From Candidatus Peregrinibacteria bacterium (GTDB lineage Bacteria > Patescibacteriota > Gracilibacteria > UBA1369): a stretch of 64,000 nt of DNA. The notes under the pieces are model-generated. The model was not told the DNA's origin and searched no databases. It saw only the letters and a list, made by a program, of their open reading frames with translations. Numbering within the stretch: position 1 is the stretch's first letter; the number at the start of each line of letters is the position of its first letter. This document shows positions 1 through 9,780 of the stretch, one piece after another. Location of the stretch: assembly GCA_963708185.1 (NCBI GenBank), contig OY970195.1, positions 1,024,001 to 1,088,000 of the forward strand, in the 5' to 3' direction. A program made the position numbers and the translations under genes.

Positions 1-1
1 A

Positions 2-562
2 GGTGTCGGGGCGGTGACCTCGAAAGACGGTGTGATGCGAAAAGTGCGGGCGGCGCGCGACCGGGCCATCCTGGAAACGCTGTATTCCACAGGTTTGCGC
101 GTGAGCGAACTGGTGGCTTTGAACCGGGCCCAGGTGGACCTGCAGCGCCGTGAGTTTATGGTGCGGGGGAAGGGGCGCAAACCGAGGATCGTGTTTTTGT
201 CGGAGCGCGCCGTGGAAGCGATCCGCGATTACATGAAGCTTCGCGACGATAACTTTGAACCGCTTTTTTTGAACTACCGTCATTCCAAAAAGGGGGAAGA
301 TATTACTCTCGGTGAAAAGCGACGTTTAAGCACCGTGATGGTGGAATATCTGGTGCGTAATTACGCCAGGAAAGCCGGCATCATCAAAAAAGTCACTCCT
401 CACGTTTTGCGCCATTCGTTTGCAACGGAACTTCTGGTGAACGGTGCGGATATCCGCTCGGTCCAGGAAATGCTCGGGCATTCTTCCATTACCACCACCC
501 AGATCTACACCCATCTCACCAATAAAAGGCTGAGAGAGGTCCACGAAAAGTTCCATAAATAA
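2..562 (+). CDS. Tyrosine recombinase, XerC/XerD family (5' end outside window)
   Basis: Motifs LYSTGLRVSEL, GKGRKPR, TPHVLRHSFATELL and LGHSSITTTQIYTH give the R-K-H-R-H-Y catalytic set. The frame is open to the window edge. Confidence 0.93.
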   Translation, partial: GVGAVTSKDGVMRKVRAARDRAILETLYSTGLRVSELVALNRAQVDLQRREFMVRGKGRKPRIVFLSERAVEAIRDYMKLRDDNFEPLFLNYRHSKKGEDITLGEKRRLSTVMVEYLVRNYARKAGIIKKVTPHVLRHSFATELLVNGADIRSVQEMLGHSSITTTQIYTHLTNKRLREVHEKFHK

Positions 563-641
563 TCGGCAAGGCAAAAATATTAGTGTTTTGACCGCTTAAC
601 GCAGAGCTAAACGGCGTTTTTTTGATGTTCCTTTTTGAGAA

Positions 642-662
642 GGGATGCCGATCCCCTTTTTT
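642..662 (+). terminator. Possible intrinsic terminator after the recombinase gene
   Basis: GGGAT-GCCG-ATCCC hairpin followed by a T-run; the stem is short. Confidence 0.35.
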
Positions 663-683
663 ATGGTAAAACAAGCCAAAAAG

Positions 684-692
684 TGCTATAAT
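684..692 (+). promoter_or_regulatory. Extended -10 promoter element upstream of cassette 1
   Basis: TGCTATAAT matches TGnTATAAT, about 55 bp before the ATG at 746. Confidence 0.5.
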
Positions 693-745
693 ATTTAGAT
701 TAAATTTTGGGAACAACGGAAATACAAAAATAAACATGAAAATTT

Positions 746-1072
746 ATGGAGGAACGGGATCCGAAAATTCAATTACAAGCTGAAATTGCGAAAAGCCTCC
801 TTCTTTCCGAAGCGGACAAAAGCAGTTTGCTGTCCGGACTGGATGCGATGCCCAGGATGATGGTCGAATATTTGCTAAAAACTTTGAGAGAGAAAAATCT
901 CATCGTCGACGAGTATGTTGAACGCGCTCTTCGGGATAATCCGGGCATTCTTCCGGAATTAAAAGAAAAAATTTCCAAAATGAAAATCAACCTTCTTCAA
1001 CTCGAAGAATCGGAAGAAGCGAATGGAAAGGACGCGGAAAAAGTTCTTGAAGAAAAACTTAATAAACTTTAA
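746..1072 (+). CDS. Small helical hypothetical protein, cassette 1 upstream partner (paralog of 13416-13736)
   Basis: 108-aa Leu/Glu/Lys-rich ORF ending 9 bp before the giant ORF. It aligns nearly gap-free with 13416-13736. Confidence 0.8.
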   Translation: MEERDPKIQLQAEIAKSLLLSEADKSSLLSGLDAMPRMMVEYLLKTLREKNLIVDEYVERALRDNPGILPELKEKISKMKINLLQLEESEEANGKDAEKVLEEKLNKL

Positions 1073-1081
1073 ACGCTGCTT

Positions 1082-4000
1082 ATGCCGGAAATGTTCTCGG
1101 CACAACAAGGCGAGATCGGAAATGTTGAAGCTCAGGCAAAAACGAAGAAGCATGAGACGCTTCAACAGGAACTGCAGGAGCGTACAACGCTCTACAACAA
1201 AGAGGTCGACGATGCCGGAAAAATCATTGAAAATGCAGAAAAAAACGTCAACACTCCCGATGCGAAAAAAAAGGTGGAAGGCTATAAAACGGACATTTCG
1301 GGCTATCTTTCCCAGGTTGCCGAAAAAGGACGCGAAGCTTTGGCAAAAGATCCGGACAAATCAACGACCGAAATCCAGAGCATTGCCCAGCTTTCATCAT
1401 CGCTCAAATCCACTGTCGATACGGCAAAACTGTACGTTCCCATGTTTCTTGATGTGGAACATTCTGTCAATCTTTCGGCGAAAATAGCACCCGAGATGGT
1501 AAAGGCGGAGAAAATACAGGATGCGAAACCACCACTCACGAGAGCGCAAAAATATGATATTTTCACGGATCTCGGCAATGCGATCCAGGATGCCATGGAC
1601 CCGCTCGCTTCCTGGAGACCGGACGCCATGTCTCCGGACATGCAGAAGATTTTCGATGTCGCTTTCAGACCTTTGAATGAAGCGCAGGCAACACTTGGTG
1701 ACTACGAGCTTGATAATTTAAGCGAGGCTGAAAAGAAAGATCCGGATCTGGCAAAACTGAAACAGTCCAAAGATCTTTTTGACGGCGAGCAGCCGAATAT
1801 CAAAAAGGTCGGCGAGTTGAGCGACGAAGCGATGAACAACATGGTCATTTCCAACGACAAGCGGGAGAAGGATATTGCTGAAATGGGCAAACTCGCCGAC
1901 ACGGCGCTGGACAATCTGACCACCGCCCTCAAGACCTACAACAGCATCGACAAGAAAAACATGAATGCCCAGATGGTGGAGTATGGGACATACTTTGAAA
2001 GCCTTCTACCAAAGATCAACCTGCAGATCAAAGAGATGGCTGACGTCAAACTCTACGTCTCGACAAAGAGTACCGTCGACGGACTCACCGACGAAGAGAA
2101 AGGATGTCTGGAATTCGGAACGGACGGCATTGTCCGCAAAACCGAAAAATTCAAACAGCTTTCACCTGACAAACAGCAGGCTCTTATGACAAAGCTGACC
2201 AATCTTAGACTGCAGATTGCTTTGGAAATTGATGAAAAGACGGCTGAAGAATCTGACAAGCCAGTTATAGAAGCCAGAAAAAAACTTATGGACGGCAACT
2301 GGATAGACGCCAAACAACAGCTGCTTTCCTACTACAAAGAAAATGGAAGCAACCCCGAGAAAGCCTCGAGGACAGCTGAAGTCAGAGGGATGCTCCATGG
2401 AATCGCCAAACTTGAAATCAAACAGAGTACCGAGAGGTTATTGGCGATGAAAGCTTCGCTGGATACGAGATTCAACAATAATCCCATGGGGAAAAGCGAT
2501 ACCGGGACATGGACCGCCCAACAGGATCAATTGTTCGTCGAAAGCATGTCACGCGTGTTGGCCAAAGCAGAAGAGATGATCGACAGCGGAGAAGTACTCA
2601 CAATGGAAGAAGCAGAAAGTAAATTGCGGAGCATGAAATTCACTCCGAATACCGGAATGTCACAACAGGCCGCCGTTGACCAGCTGGATGAAATGAAGAA
2701 GCTCAGTGACGATGCGGTCAAGGAAAAACAAAAAAAATCTCTCGAGTCCACGCAGGATTCAATAAAGTCTCTTCAGGAAGCCATCAAACATGCCCAAGAG
2801 CGTCCGAATGATGTTGGTCTGGACGGGAACCCCATCGGGCAAAATCTGGAGTTCATGCAAAAGAACCTGGCCAGCTATCAGTCCCAACTGGAAGCGGCGC
2901 AAAAGATGAGTCCAGAGGATTACCATAAATTCCTTGAAGGGCGGGCCGAGCAAAATCTGCGCGATGCGAAATTCAGAAATGCGCTTGCTGTTTTCCAGGG
3001 GGGGTTCGTTACCGACGGTTACGGCAACCGTGCCGACAATGTGTATGACATGTTCAAGCAGCAGCGGCTACTGAACGATCCCGACCCGGTCAAACGTGAA
3101 GCAAACACACTTAAACTTGCCAAGGAAGCACGCGATCACGGACTCCCTGCATTGTCGCGAAGGCTTTACGACCAGTATTTCCAGAAAGAGATCGATGAAC
3201 AGAGCAACAACGTGAGCCGCGCCGACATTGAAAAACAGTTTTTGGGCAATTCGGACAACATGAAAAAAATCGATAAAGCGCTCGCCCAGTGGAAAGATAC
3301 CTTCAAAGAAAAAACCGGGAAAGATCCCGATCAAACGCAAATAGATTCGGCGCGTCAGGCCATGATCAGTGAAATGGTTGGAAGCGCTTACTCCAAGGCG
3401 ATCAAATTAAAAGTCCATGAAAGTTTCAAAGGCGGGACGAGCGAACGTGCCAAAGCTTGGAACGAAGCATATGGAGGAAAAATTGTCGTGGAAAACTTTG
3501 GACAAGAAGGGGAAGGAGTTGACTTCAAATTGGCGATGATCTCTCCCACGGCAGCCTTAGGCAAATATGTTGCTGATTATCAGGCATTCTATACCGACGA
3601 AGAATGGAACGCCCTTCCGGCAAAAATCGGTATCATGACCGCTGTGACCATCGCTTCTATGGGGGTCGCCGAAGGCGTCGTGGCTGTCGGTGGAGTGGCT
3701 GCACGTACACTGCTTGGTGAATCCGCCATTGCGGCTCTCACCGGAACGGTGACCGAAAGCGGGGCCACTGTGGGAGGGTCTTTTGCCGGACGTGCTTTGG
3801 CGTGGGGAGCACGCACGACGCTCAAAGGCGTTGCTTTTGGGACGACCCAGGGAGCGCTCAATTATGTCATTCAAGGGGATAAGTCCACGTTTGAAAGTCC
3901 AAAGGCGTACTTCAAGGCCATGGGTATGAGCATAGCAACCTTGGGCGTGCTTGAAGCCGTGGGAGCAGGATTCGGGAAACTCCGTCAGGCCGTCGCCGCC

Positions 4001-7000
4001 ACAGAGATGGCCGGAATGACGGAAGAAGAAATTGCCCAAGCCGCCTACATGCCAAAACATATCGGTGAAACAAGCTGGTGGACCGGCGAATCCACCGCCA
4101 AAAATGCCGCGCGCTTGGGTTCAAGGAGATTGCGTGGTGTTCCGGGTCCGATCGGAGATGCCGGATGGTGGATTGCCAGAACTTCAGCTGAAGGTACGGC
4201 ACTCACCGGTTTAAATGCGACTGAAGCCTGGCTCGGCGGACAGGAATATGGCATGCACGAGGGCGTCAAAGCCTTTGGCGAAAACTTCCTTTTTGCCGCA
4301 GCCATCACCGGCACGCACGAGTTCATGGGACCGGGCGTTCACGAAGCTCCAAAGACTCCCGATGTTTCAAAAGAAACGAAAGTGGGCGATAATTTCTTTT
4401 CCACCTTCGACCGCGGCGTTCCGGAAAACGCTCGCAAAGCGGGTATTCCCGAAGGAGCCGAAGGCTGGGTCGACAAAGAAGGAAAAGTTCACTTCAACAT
4501 TGATCGACTCAATACCGGAAAAACGACCGTCGCCGGGACGGACGGAAAACCCGTAGAGCGGAGCATTATGGCGGAAGGCTATAAAGTTTCCATCAATACC
4601 GACGGCGAATTCACCGTGGAAGGACCGGACGGAAAACAGATGAGTCTGCACGAATACGAAAAAGCCATGAAGGGCACGCCGTACGAACGGACGCTGCTCA
4701 ACACGATGGTGGAAATCAAAAACCACGAAGCCACGCATCAGGTTCTGGAGTTCGGATTCACCAAAGTTGAAGTCGATTCCGAAGGCAAACCGCAGCGCGT
4801 TCCCGATACCGCAAAGACCAAAGCTTTTACAGATCTTTTTGCAAAACCCGGGCCGGGCGGCAACGTCCCCGAAGGCAAGATCGCCCTGGTCGACAATCAG
4901 GGACAGCCCATGGAACCCACATGGCAGAACATCCAGGAATACCTCTGCCAGGTCGGTGACGGATCGGTCACGGTTCCCAAAGCACAAGCCGAAGCGATGC
5001 AGGGTGTTATCCAGGAAGAGATTCCGGGTTTCACGTTTGAACGGGCGCGCAACGTTGCCACCAAGCTTATCGCCGCCAATCCTGTGGAAGCTTTTTACCG
5101 CGATGAAATGGCCGCGAAGCACGTCGGCAAACCCTGGAAGAAAATTTCGAGCGGCGCGGATTTCAACGAAGCCCTGAACACGGAAAAAGGTCAGGAAACA
5201 AATTATAAAATCGCGCATGAAATTCTGATGGGGTATATTTATGTTTTGCGAACCGGCGATCCGGCGCAGATCGAAGCTTTCAAGGCCGGGCACGAAGTAT
5301 TTATCGACGGAAAAGTCCTTGATACCTTCGCCGCAAACTACCAGAAGACGGTAGATTTCGTCACGACGAAAATGTCGACGATTGAAGGTTTACAGGACCT
5401 CATGAAATTGGAAAAAAGCGGAAAAATGTCTCCTTCAATGCGTGAAGTGTACAAGCGCATCGCGTCGGAAGGAAAGATGGTCAAAGATCTTACCTCCACC
5501 AGAAAAGCCGACGGGACGACGAAAACTCCCGAGGAAATCCGGAACGATCTCGCCGAACTCCGCCAGCAGATTGAATTCCACGGCGTGGAAGTGAACAAGT
5601 TCAGTGCGAAATACCTCACGGCTACTCCCGAAGGCATGAAAATTCTTGCCGAACAACCGGGCGGTACGGACTTCATCCGAGAAGCGATGCGCAAAGGTGA
5701 AGTAAAAGATTTCGCAAACTTCCCTCCTGAAGTGAAAGCGAAAATGCGGGCGGAAGCGGAAAAAGTCCTGACCGACCGGCTCACCGACGCCGAAATGGCG
5801 CTTCAGGGAAAAATCGCCAAAGCCGAAAAAGAGATTTCCGAAAAAGAAGCCAGGGGGGAAGACACCTCAAACGACCATCTGAAACTCGGCAACATCCGGG
5901 ATCTCCTCAAGACCTATCAGTCCGTCGAGCTTTCGGATCCGGCAAAAATCGATGCACTCCTGGACAAAGTGGAACAACAGCAGCCCCCTTCGGGATATGG
6001 TGAAATGCCGAAACTTGCCGACATTTTCTTCGCGAATTCCGACCGCCTCAATCCGGATTTTCTCGCGAATATTCTCGACGGAAAAATGAAATATGATACC
6101 GTTGACGGACCAAAAGGAAAGGAAAAAGTCATGTTCGTTGAAGGTCGCATACTCGGCGTGGGAGGACTTGGCGAAGTCTGGTCCACGATCGAATTCAAAG
6201 CCGGCTCGAACGAAGGCCATGAAATGGTCATCAAGAGGCCGAAGAACGGCCTCGACATTTCTCCGAACGTTAAAGCTGAGGAAGCTCTGGCCCATTCCGT
6301 GGGAGACTATGATCTCATGGATGAATCTGACCAACACATCATGATTGAGATATTCAATGAGTTCAGGACGAAGGCCATGAAGGAGCCAGGCGGTCTCGAA
6401 CGCATCCAGCGAGAGATCGTTGCAAAACTCCCGCGTGGACAAACGACGAACGATTTCTTTTCTATGGTTACCCGAATGCAGGCTGCTTACGCCGAATCAG
6501 GGAATGCGCGTTTGATCATGGATCACCAAGCGAAGGGCGAACTCAACACTTTCACCAAAATCAACGGCGTCAGTGATTCGGGCATCATTTTCCTTGAATC
6601 CATCGCCAACCCGAAAGCCAATTACGAAGTCTGCGATTATGAAAAAATCATGAGCGGTGAAGTTACGTCCCTTGATGGAACCAAACCAATTGACCAGAAA
6701 CAGTTTTGGACCGGAATCGTTGATGTCATGCACGCTCTCGCTGATGCGAACAGTAAAGGCATCGTCCATCGCGACATCAAGCCGGAAAATTTCGGCGTCG
6801 GTCCCGACGGAAGAATCCGTCTTATCGACGTTGGCTCGATTAAAACGAAAAATAATATCCATGACGTCGGTTTCTTTGAAGTTCCAAAAGGCAACCCCAT
6901 GCACTATCCGGTTCCGAACGGAGTTTCCGAAATGTACCCCAACCGTGGAGGTATCACTCCCGGATATTACAGCGGAGAAATCGCAACTGCCGAAGCCAAA

Positions 7001-7234
7001 GGAACCCTTGCTCCCGACGGTAAACCGAAAGTGACCTTCGGCGCTTCGGATCGTTTCGCCATGGCTGTTTCCCTGGAAGAAATCGTTCATCAACAAAGTG
7101 ACCCGAATAAACCTCACTGGGCGAGCGACGCGCAGATCCAGCAGCTTCAAGGCGTTATAACCTATCTGAAAGGACCGCGCGCCGACATGGAAGTCGCTGC
7201 CACAAGGATTGAGGGTATCATGGGCACCCACTAA
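1082..7234 (+). CDS. Giant multidomain protein (2050 aa): helical N-terminus, Gly/Ala hydrophobic region, HExxH metallopeptidase-like module, C-terminal Ser/Thr protein kinase
   Basis: Kinase motifs GVGGLGEV (aa ~1692), VIKRP, HRDIKPEN (~1896), DVG (~1916), TPGY and SDRFAMA. HEATH at ~1215. Hydrophobic region at aa ~845-1083. Confidence 0.88.
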   Translation: MPEMFSAQQGEIGNVEAQAKTKKHETLQQELQERTTLYNKEVDDAGKIIENAEKNVNTPDAKKKVEGYKTDISGYLSQVAEKGREALAKDPDKSTTEIQSIAQLSSSLKSTVDTAKLYVPMFLDVEHSVNLSAKIAPEMVKAEKIQDAKPPLTRAQKYDIFTDLGNAIQDAMDPLASWRPDAMSPDMQKIFDVAFRPLNEAQATLGDYELDNLSEAEKKDPDLAKLKQSKDLFDGEQPNIKKVGELSDEAMNNMVISNDKREKDIAEMGKLADTALDNLTTALKTYNSIDKKNMNAQMVEYGTYFESLLPKINLQIKEMADVKLYVSTKSTVDGLTDEEKGCLEFGTDGIVRKTEKFKQLSPDKQQALMTKLTNLRLQIALEIDEKTAEESDKPVIEARKKLMDGNWIDAKQQLLSYYKENGSNPEKASRTAEVRGMLHGIAKLEIKQSTERLLAMKASLDTRFNNNPMGKSDTGTWTAQQDQLFVESMSRVLAKAEEMIDSGEVLTMEEAESKLRSMKFTPNTGMSQQAAVDQLDEMKKLSDDAVKEKQKKSLESTQDSIKSLQEAIKHAQERPNDVGLDGNPIGQNLEFMQKNLASYQSQLEAAQKMSPEDYHKFLEGRAEQNLRDAKFRNALAVFQGGFVTDGYGNRADNVYDMFKQQRLLNDPDPVKREANTLKLAKEARDHGLPALSRRLYDQYFQKEIDEQSNNVSRADIEKQFLGNSDNMKKIDKALAQWKDTFKEKTGKDPDQTQIDSARQAMISEMVGSAYSKAIKLKVHESFKGGTSERAKAWNEAYGGKIVVENFGQEGEGVDFKLAMISPTAALGKYVADYQAFYTDEEWNALPAKIGIMTAVTIASMGVAEGVVAVGGVAARTLLGESAIAALTGTVTESGATVGGSFAGRALAWGARTTLKGVAFGTTQGALNYVIQGDKSTFESPKAYFKAMGMSIATLGVLEAVGAGFGKLRQAVAATEMAGMTEEEIAQAAYMPKHIGETSWWTGESTAKNAARLGSRRLRGVPGPIGDAGWWIARTSAEGTALTGLNATEAWLGGQEYGMHEGVKAFGENFLFAAAITGTHEFMGPGVHEAPKTPDVSKETKVGDNFFSTFDRGVPENARKAGIPEGAEGWVDKEGKVHFNIDRLNTGKTTVAGTDGKPVERSIMAEGYKVSINTDGEFTVEGPDGKQMSLHEYEKAMKGTPYERTLLNTMVEIKNHEATHQVLEFGFTKVEVDSEGKPQRVPDTAKTKAFTDLFAKPGPGGNVPEGKIALVDNQGQPMEPTWQNIQEYLCQVGDGSVTVPKAQAEAMQGVIQEEIPGFTFERARNVATKLIAANPVEAFYRDEMAAKHVGKPWKKISSGADFNEALNTEKGQETNYKIAHEILMGYIYVLRTGDPAQIEAFKAGHEVFIDGKVLDTFAANYQKTVDFVTTKMSTIEGLQDLMKLEKSGKMSPSMREVYKRIASEGKMVKDLTSTRKADGTTKTPEEIRNDLAELRQQIEFHGVEVNKFSAKYLTATPEGMKILAEQPGGTDFIREAMRKGEVKDFANFPPEVKAKMRAEAEKVLTDRLTDAEMALQGKIAKAEKEISEKEARGEDTSNDHLKLGNIRDLLKTYQSVELSDPAKIDALLDKVEQQQPPSGYGEMPKLADIFFANSDRLNPDFLANILDGKMKYDTVDGPKGKEKVMFVEGRILGVGGLGEVWSTIEFKAGSNEGHEMVIKRPKNGLDISPNVKAEEALAHSVGDYDLMDESDQHIMIEIFNEFRTKAMKEPGGLERIQREIVAKLPRGQTTNDFFSMVTRMQAAYAESGNARLIMDHQAKGELNTFTKINGVSDSGIIFLESIANPKANYEVCDYEKIMSGEVTSLDGTKPIDQKQFWTGIVDVMHALADANSKGIVHRDIKPENFGVGPDGRIRLIDVGSIKTKNNIHDVGFFEVPKGNPMHYPVPNGVSEMYPNRGGITPGYYSGEIATAEAKGTLAPDGKPKVTFGASDRFAMAVSLEEIVHQQSDPNKPHWASDAQIQQLQGVITYLKGPRADMEVAATRIEGIMGTH

Positions 7235-7267
7235 TGCTTTGTAAATATTTAATTTTTATACCATACT

Positions 7268-7852
7268 ATGATCGAAAACACTGATCCACCAGCAATGGAA
7301 AAAAACGGTGAAAACCCGACCGACCTGACCAAGGTCATCCAAATTTTCAAGGACTGCCGCGACCGTTCGTTTCAACAGGTCCCCGGTGGCTACCCTCAAC
7401 CTGACGCGGAAAAGGATATTGCCATGCCGCTTGAAACCTACCGTACGGCATGCCAGACGGTCGAAGCCGAAGAGCTTTTGCCTCAGACGCTCATGAACAG
7501 ATTTCTGAAAAGCGTCGACAACGTTCCCCTTCCGAAGCTTGCCAAACGCTATCCTTCCGGTGCGAAAATATGTCTTGCTTTCGTTCCCGTTCAAATAAGA
7601 GGAGTTCCCGGCGTTGAGCTGCATATGCTTGAAGTTGATTCCAAAGGACTGACGAGAGGATATACTTTCGATCCAGGCTACTATTTTCTGGTACTTCCTG
7701 CGGAGATTCAAAGCAAGTGCACGTTCCGTGTACCGAACTATGAAAATTTCAATTATCCGACCGAAGCCGAACGTGATGAGTTAAAGAAACGACTTATCGA
7801 AGCGCTTGATAGCCTCAAAGCTCTTGTCGATAAAAAGAATAAAGCTGCATAA
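7268..7852 (+). CDS. Hypothetical protein, candidate immunity/partner of the kinase (paralog of 20817-21371)
   Basis: 194-aa ORF directly after the giant gene, with sequence blocks shared with 20817-21371. Confidence 0.75.
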   Translation: MIENTDPPAMEKNGENPTDLTKVIQIFKDCRDRSFQQVPGGYPQPDAEKDIAMPLETYRTACQTVEAEELLPQTLMNRFLKSVDNVPLPKLAKRYPSGAKICLAFVPVQIRGVPGVELHMLEVDSKGLTRGYTFDPGYYFLVLPAEIQSKCTFRVPNYENFNYPTEAERDELKKRLIEALDSLKALVDKKNKAA

Positions 7853-7930
7853 CGGCTTTTTGAGCGCTTATCTGGCTTCTTTCAGGCAGGTTTGCTATAG
7901 TGGTCTTGCTCTAGAAGTTTTTCGTTGTGC

Positions 7931-8620
7931 ATGATCGTTTTTGAAAATGTTACAAAAAGGTACGGCCGCAATACGGTTCTGGATAAACTGAACCTGACAA
8001 TTTTGCGCGGCGAGTTCGTGTCGGTGATCGGCCCTTCCGGTGCCGGAAAGTCGACGTTGATCTATTCACTCATCGGAGCGGAAAAAGTCCAGCACGGCAA
8101 GATCAGCGTGGACGGCTTCGTGGTCAACCGGATGAATCCGCGCGCTTTGCAGTATTTCCGCCGCAGGATCGGCGTGGTATTCCAGGATTACAAACTGCTT
8201 CCTCAAAAAAACGCCTATGAAAACGTTGCCTTCGCCCTTGAGGTCTGCGGGTATGAAACCGCGGACATCAAGAAACGGGTACCCGAAGTGCTGGAGATCG
8301 TGGGGCTTCATGAGCATCACCGCCAGTTTCCGCACCAGCTTTCGGGCGGAGAAAAACAGCGTCTGGCCATTGCCCGGGCCCTTGTCCATAATCCGGGCCT
8401 GATCGTGGCGGATGAGCCGACCGGCAATCTCGATCCGGTGACGGCCAAAGGGATCATCGATCTCTTTCTGAAAATCAACAAAGAAGGCATTACCGTCATC
8501 TTGACCACTCACAACCATCTTTTGGTTGATCACATCCGCAAGCGCGTGGTAAAAATTGATCAGGGGAAAGTCGTGAGCGATCGTCAGCAAAGCGGATATC
8601 ATTTGGAAACACCAGCATAA
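7931..8620 (+). CDS. ftsE: Cell division ABC ATP-binding protein FtsE-like
   Basis: [32 protein letters not shown] and ADEPTGNLD. No ftsX is adjacent. Confidence 0.8.
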   Translation: MIVFENVTKRYGRNTVLDKLNLTILRGEFVSVIGPSGAGKSTLIYSLIGAEKVQHGKISVDGFVVNRMNPRALQYFRRRIGVVFQDYKLLPQKNAYENVAFALEVCGYETADIKKRVPEVLEIVGLHEHHRQFPHQLSGGEKQRLAIARALVHNPGLIVADEPTGNLDPVTAKGIIDLFLKINKEGITVILTTHNHLLVDHIRKRVVKIDQGKVVSDRQQSGYHLETPA

Positions 8621-8624
8621 TTTT

Positions 8625-9695
8625 ATGGCTACCTACAAACAGTCAGGCGTTGACATGACCATGGGCGACAGATGCTCAGCTCTGGCTTATGAAGCGGCAA
8701 AAAAGACTTTCGTCAGCCGCAAGGGCATGTTCGGCGCGCCCGTCACCATGGACGGCGGGTTTACTGGCGCCCTGGATTTCGGAGACTTCTATCTCGTGAA
8801 TAACTCCGATGGCGTGGGATCGAAGATCGCCATCGCCGACGCCGTCGGCAAGTACAATACGCTTGGTTACGATCTCCTGGCTATGGTCGCCGACGACGCG
8901 ATCTGTGTGGGAGCCGAAACCATCGCCATTACCAACACCGTGGATACGAGCAAAGTAAGCATCAAGGTCATCAAGCCGCTGATGGAAGGCCTGAAAAAGG
9001 CCTGCATCGAGCAAAAGATCGTCATTCCGGGCGGGGAAATCGCCGAGCTTCCGGTGCTCGTCAACGGCAATACCTGGAACGCCAGCGCGGTCGGGATCGT
9101 TGAAAAAAATAAATTCATTACCGGCAAAGATGTGAAGCCCGGAGACAAGATCATCGGCTTACGAAGCCGCGGCTTCCGTTCCAACGGTTTCAGCCTGGTC
9201 CGCCATATCTTACAAAAAGAGTACGGTTCACGGTGGGCCAAAAAGTTTTACGACAAGAAACAAACCTGGGGAGCAAAAGTTCTTACGCCTTCCATCATTT
9301 ACTCGAACGCCCTGCTGGCGTTGCTCGGACGCTACAAAGAAAAACGTGCGTGTAATATTAAAGCTTTGGCCCATGTTACGGGCGGCGGCATCCCCGGGAA
9401 TATCGTAAGAATTCTGGGAAATTACGGTGCGTACCTTGATAATCTGTGGGGTCCTCACGACATGATGGCAAGGCTTCAGAAAATCGGAAAGGTTTCCGAT
9501 AAGGAAGCTTATGAGGTCTGGAACATGGGAACCGGCATGATGCTCGTCAGCAATGAGTTCGACAAGATCGATAAGGTTCTGGATGAGTTCGGTATTGATG
9601 CCCGCATCATCGGAGAAGTGACGAAAGAACGCGGCGTACGGCTCGTCAGCCAGGGCTATTTCCGTACCGGAAAAATGCTCGTTTTTGAAGATTAG
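8625..9695 (+). CDS. purM: Phosphoribosylformylglycinamidine cyclo-ligase (AIR synthase)
   Basis: TYKQSGVD, DGVGSK, GGEIAELP, SNGFSLVR, AHVTGGG and WNMGTGM. Confidence 0.92.
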   Translation: MATYKQSGVDMTMGDRCSALAYEAAKKTFVSRKGMFGAPVTMDGGFTGALDFGDFYLVNNSDGVGSKIAIADAVGKYNTLGYDLLAMVADDAICVGAETIAITNTVDTSKVSIKVIKPLMEGLKKACIEQKIVIPGGEIAELPVLVNGNTWNASAVGIVEKNKFITGKDVKPGDKIIGLRSRGFRSNGFSLVRHILQKEYGSRWAKKFYDKKQTWGAKVLTPSIIYSNALLALLGRYKEKRACNIKALAHVTGGGIPGNIVRILGNYGAYLDNLWGPHDMMARLQKIGKVSDKEAYEVWNMGTGMMLVSNEFDKIDKVLDEFGIDARIIGEVTKERGVRLVSQGYFRTGKMLVFED

Positions 9696-9721
9696 GATCG
9701 TTCTTGTAAAATTCGGCTGTA

Positions 9722-9749
9722 TTGACATTTTTTGACTCCGTACTATATT
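9722..9749 (+). promoter_or_regulatory. Sigma70-like promoter
   Basis: TTGACA-16 bp-TATATT upstream of 9781. Confidence 0.45.
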
Positions 9750-9780
9750 ACCTGCCAACTCTTTAACATATTTTATTTCT

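Noticed and set aside
2-562. Recombinase as the integrase of a mobile element carrying the giant-protein cassette
   Set aside because: It looks like a housekeeping XerC/D. No att repeat, phage gene or conjugation gene is visible, and housekeeping genes lie between the cassettes.
746-1072. WXG100/type VII secretion substrate
   Set aside because: Size and helicity fit, but there is no central WxG motif and no EssC/FtsK gene in the window.
1082-7234. Phage tape-measure or ejection protein
   Set aside because: No phage structural genes are nearby, and both giants end in kinases within a repeated three-gene unit.
7931-8620. ABC ATPase as the exporter of the giant protein
   Set aside because: Its motifs match FtsE, and no permease or membrane-fusion partner is adjacent.
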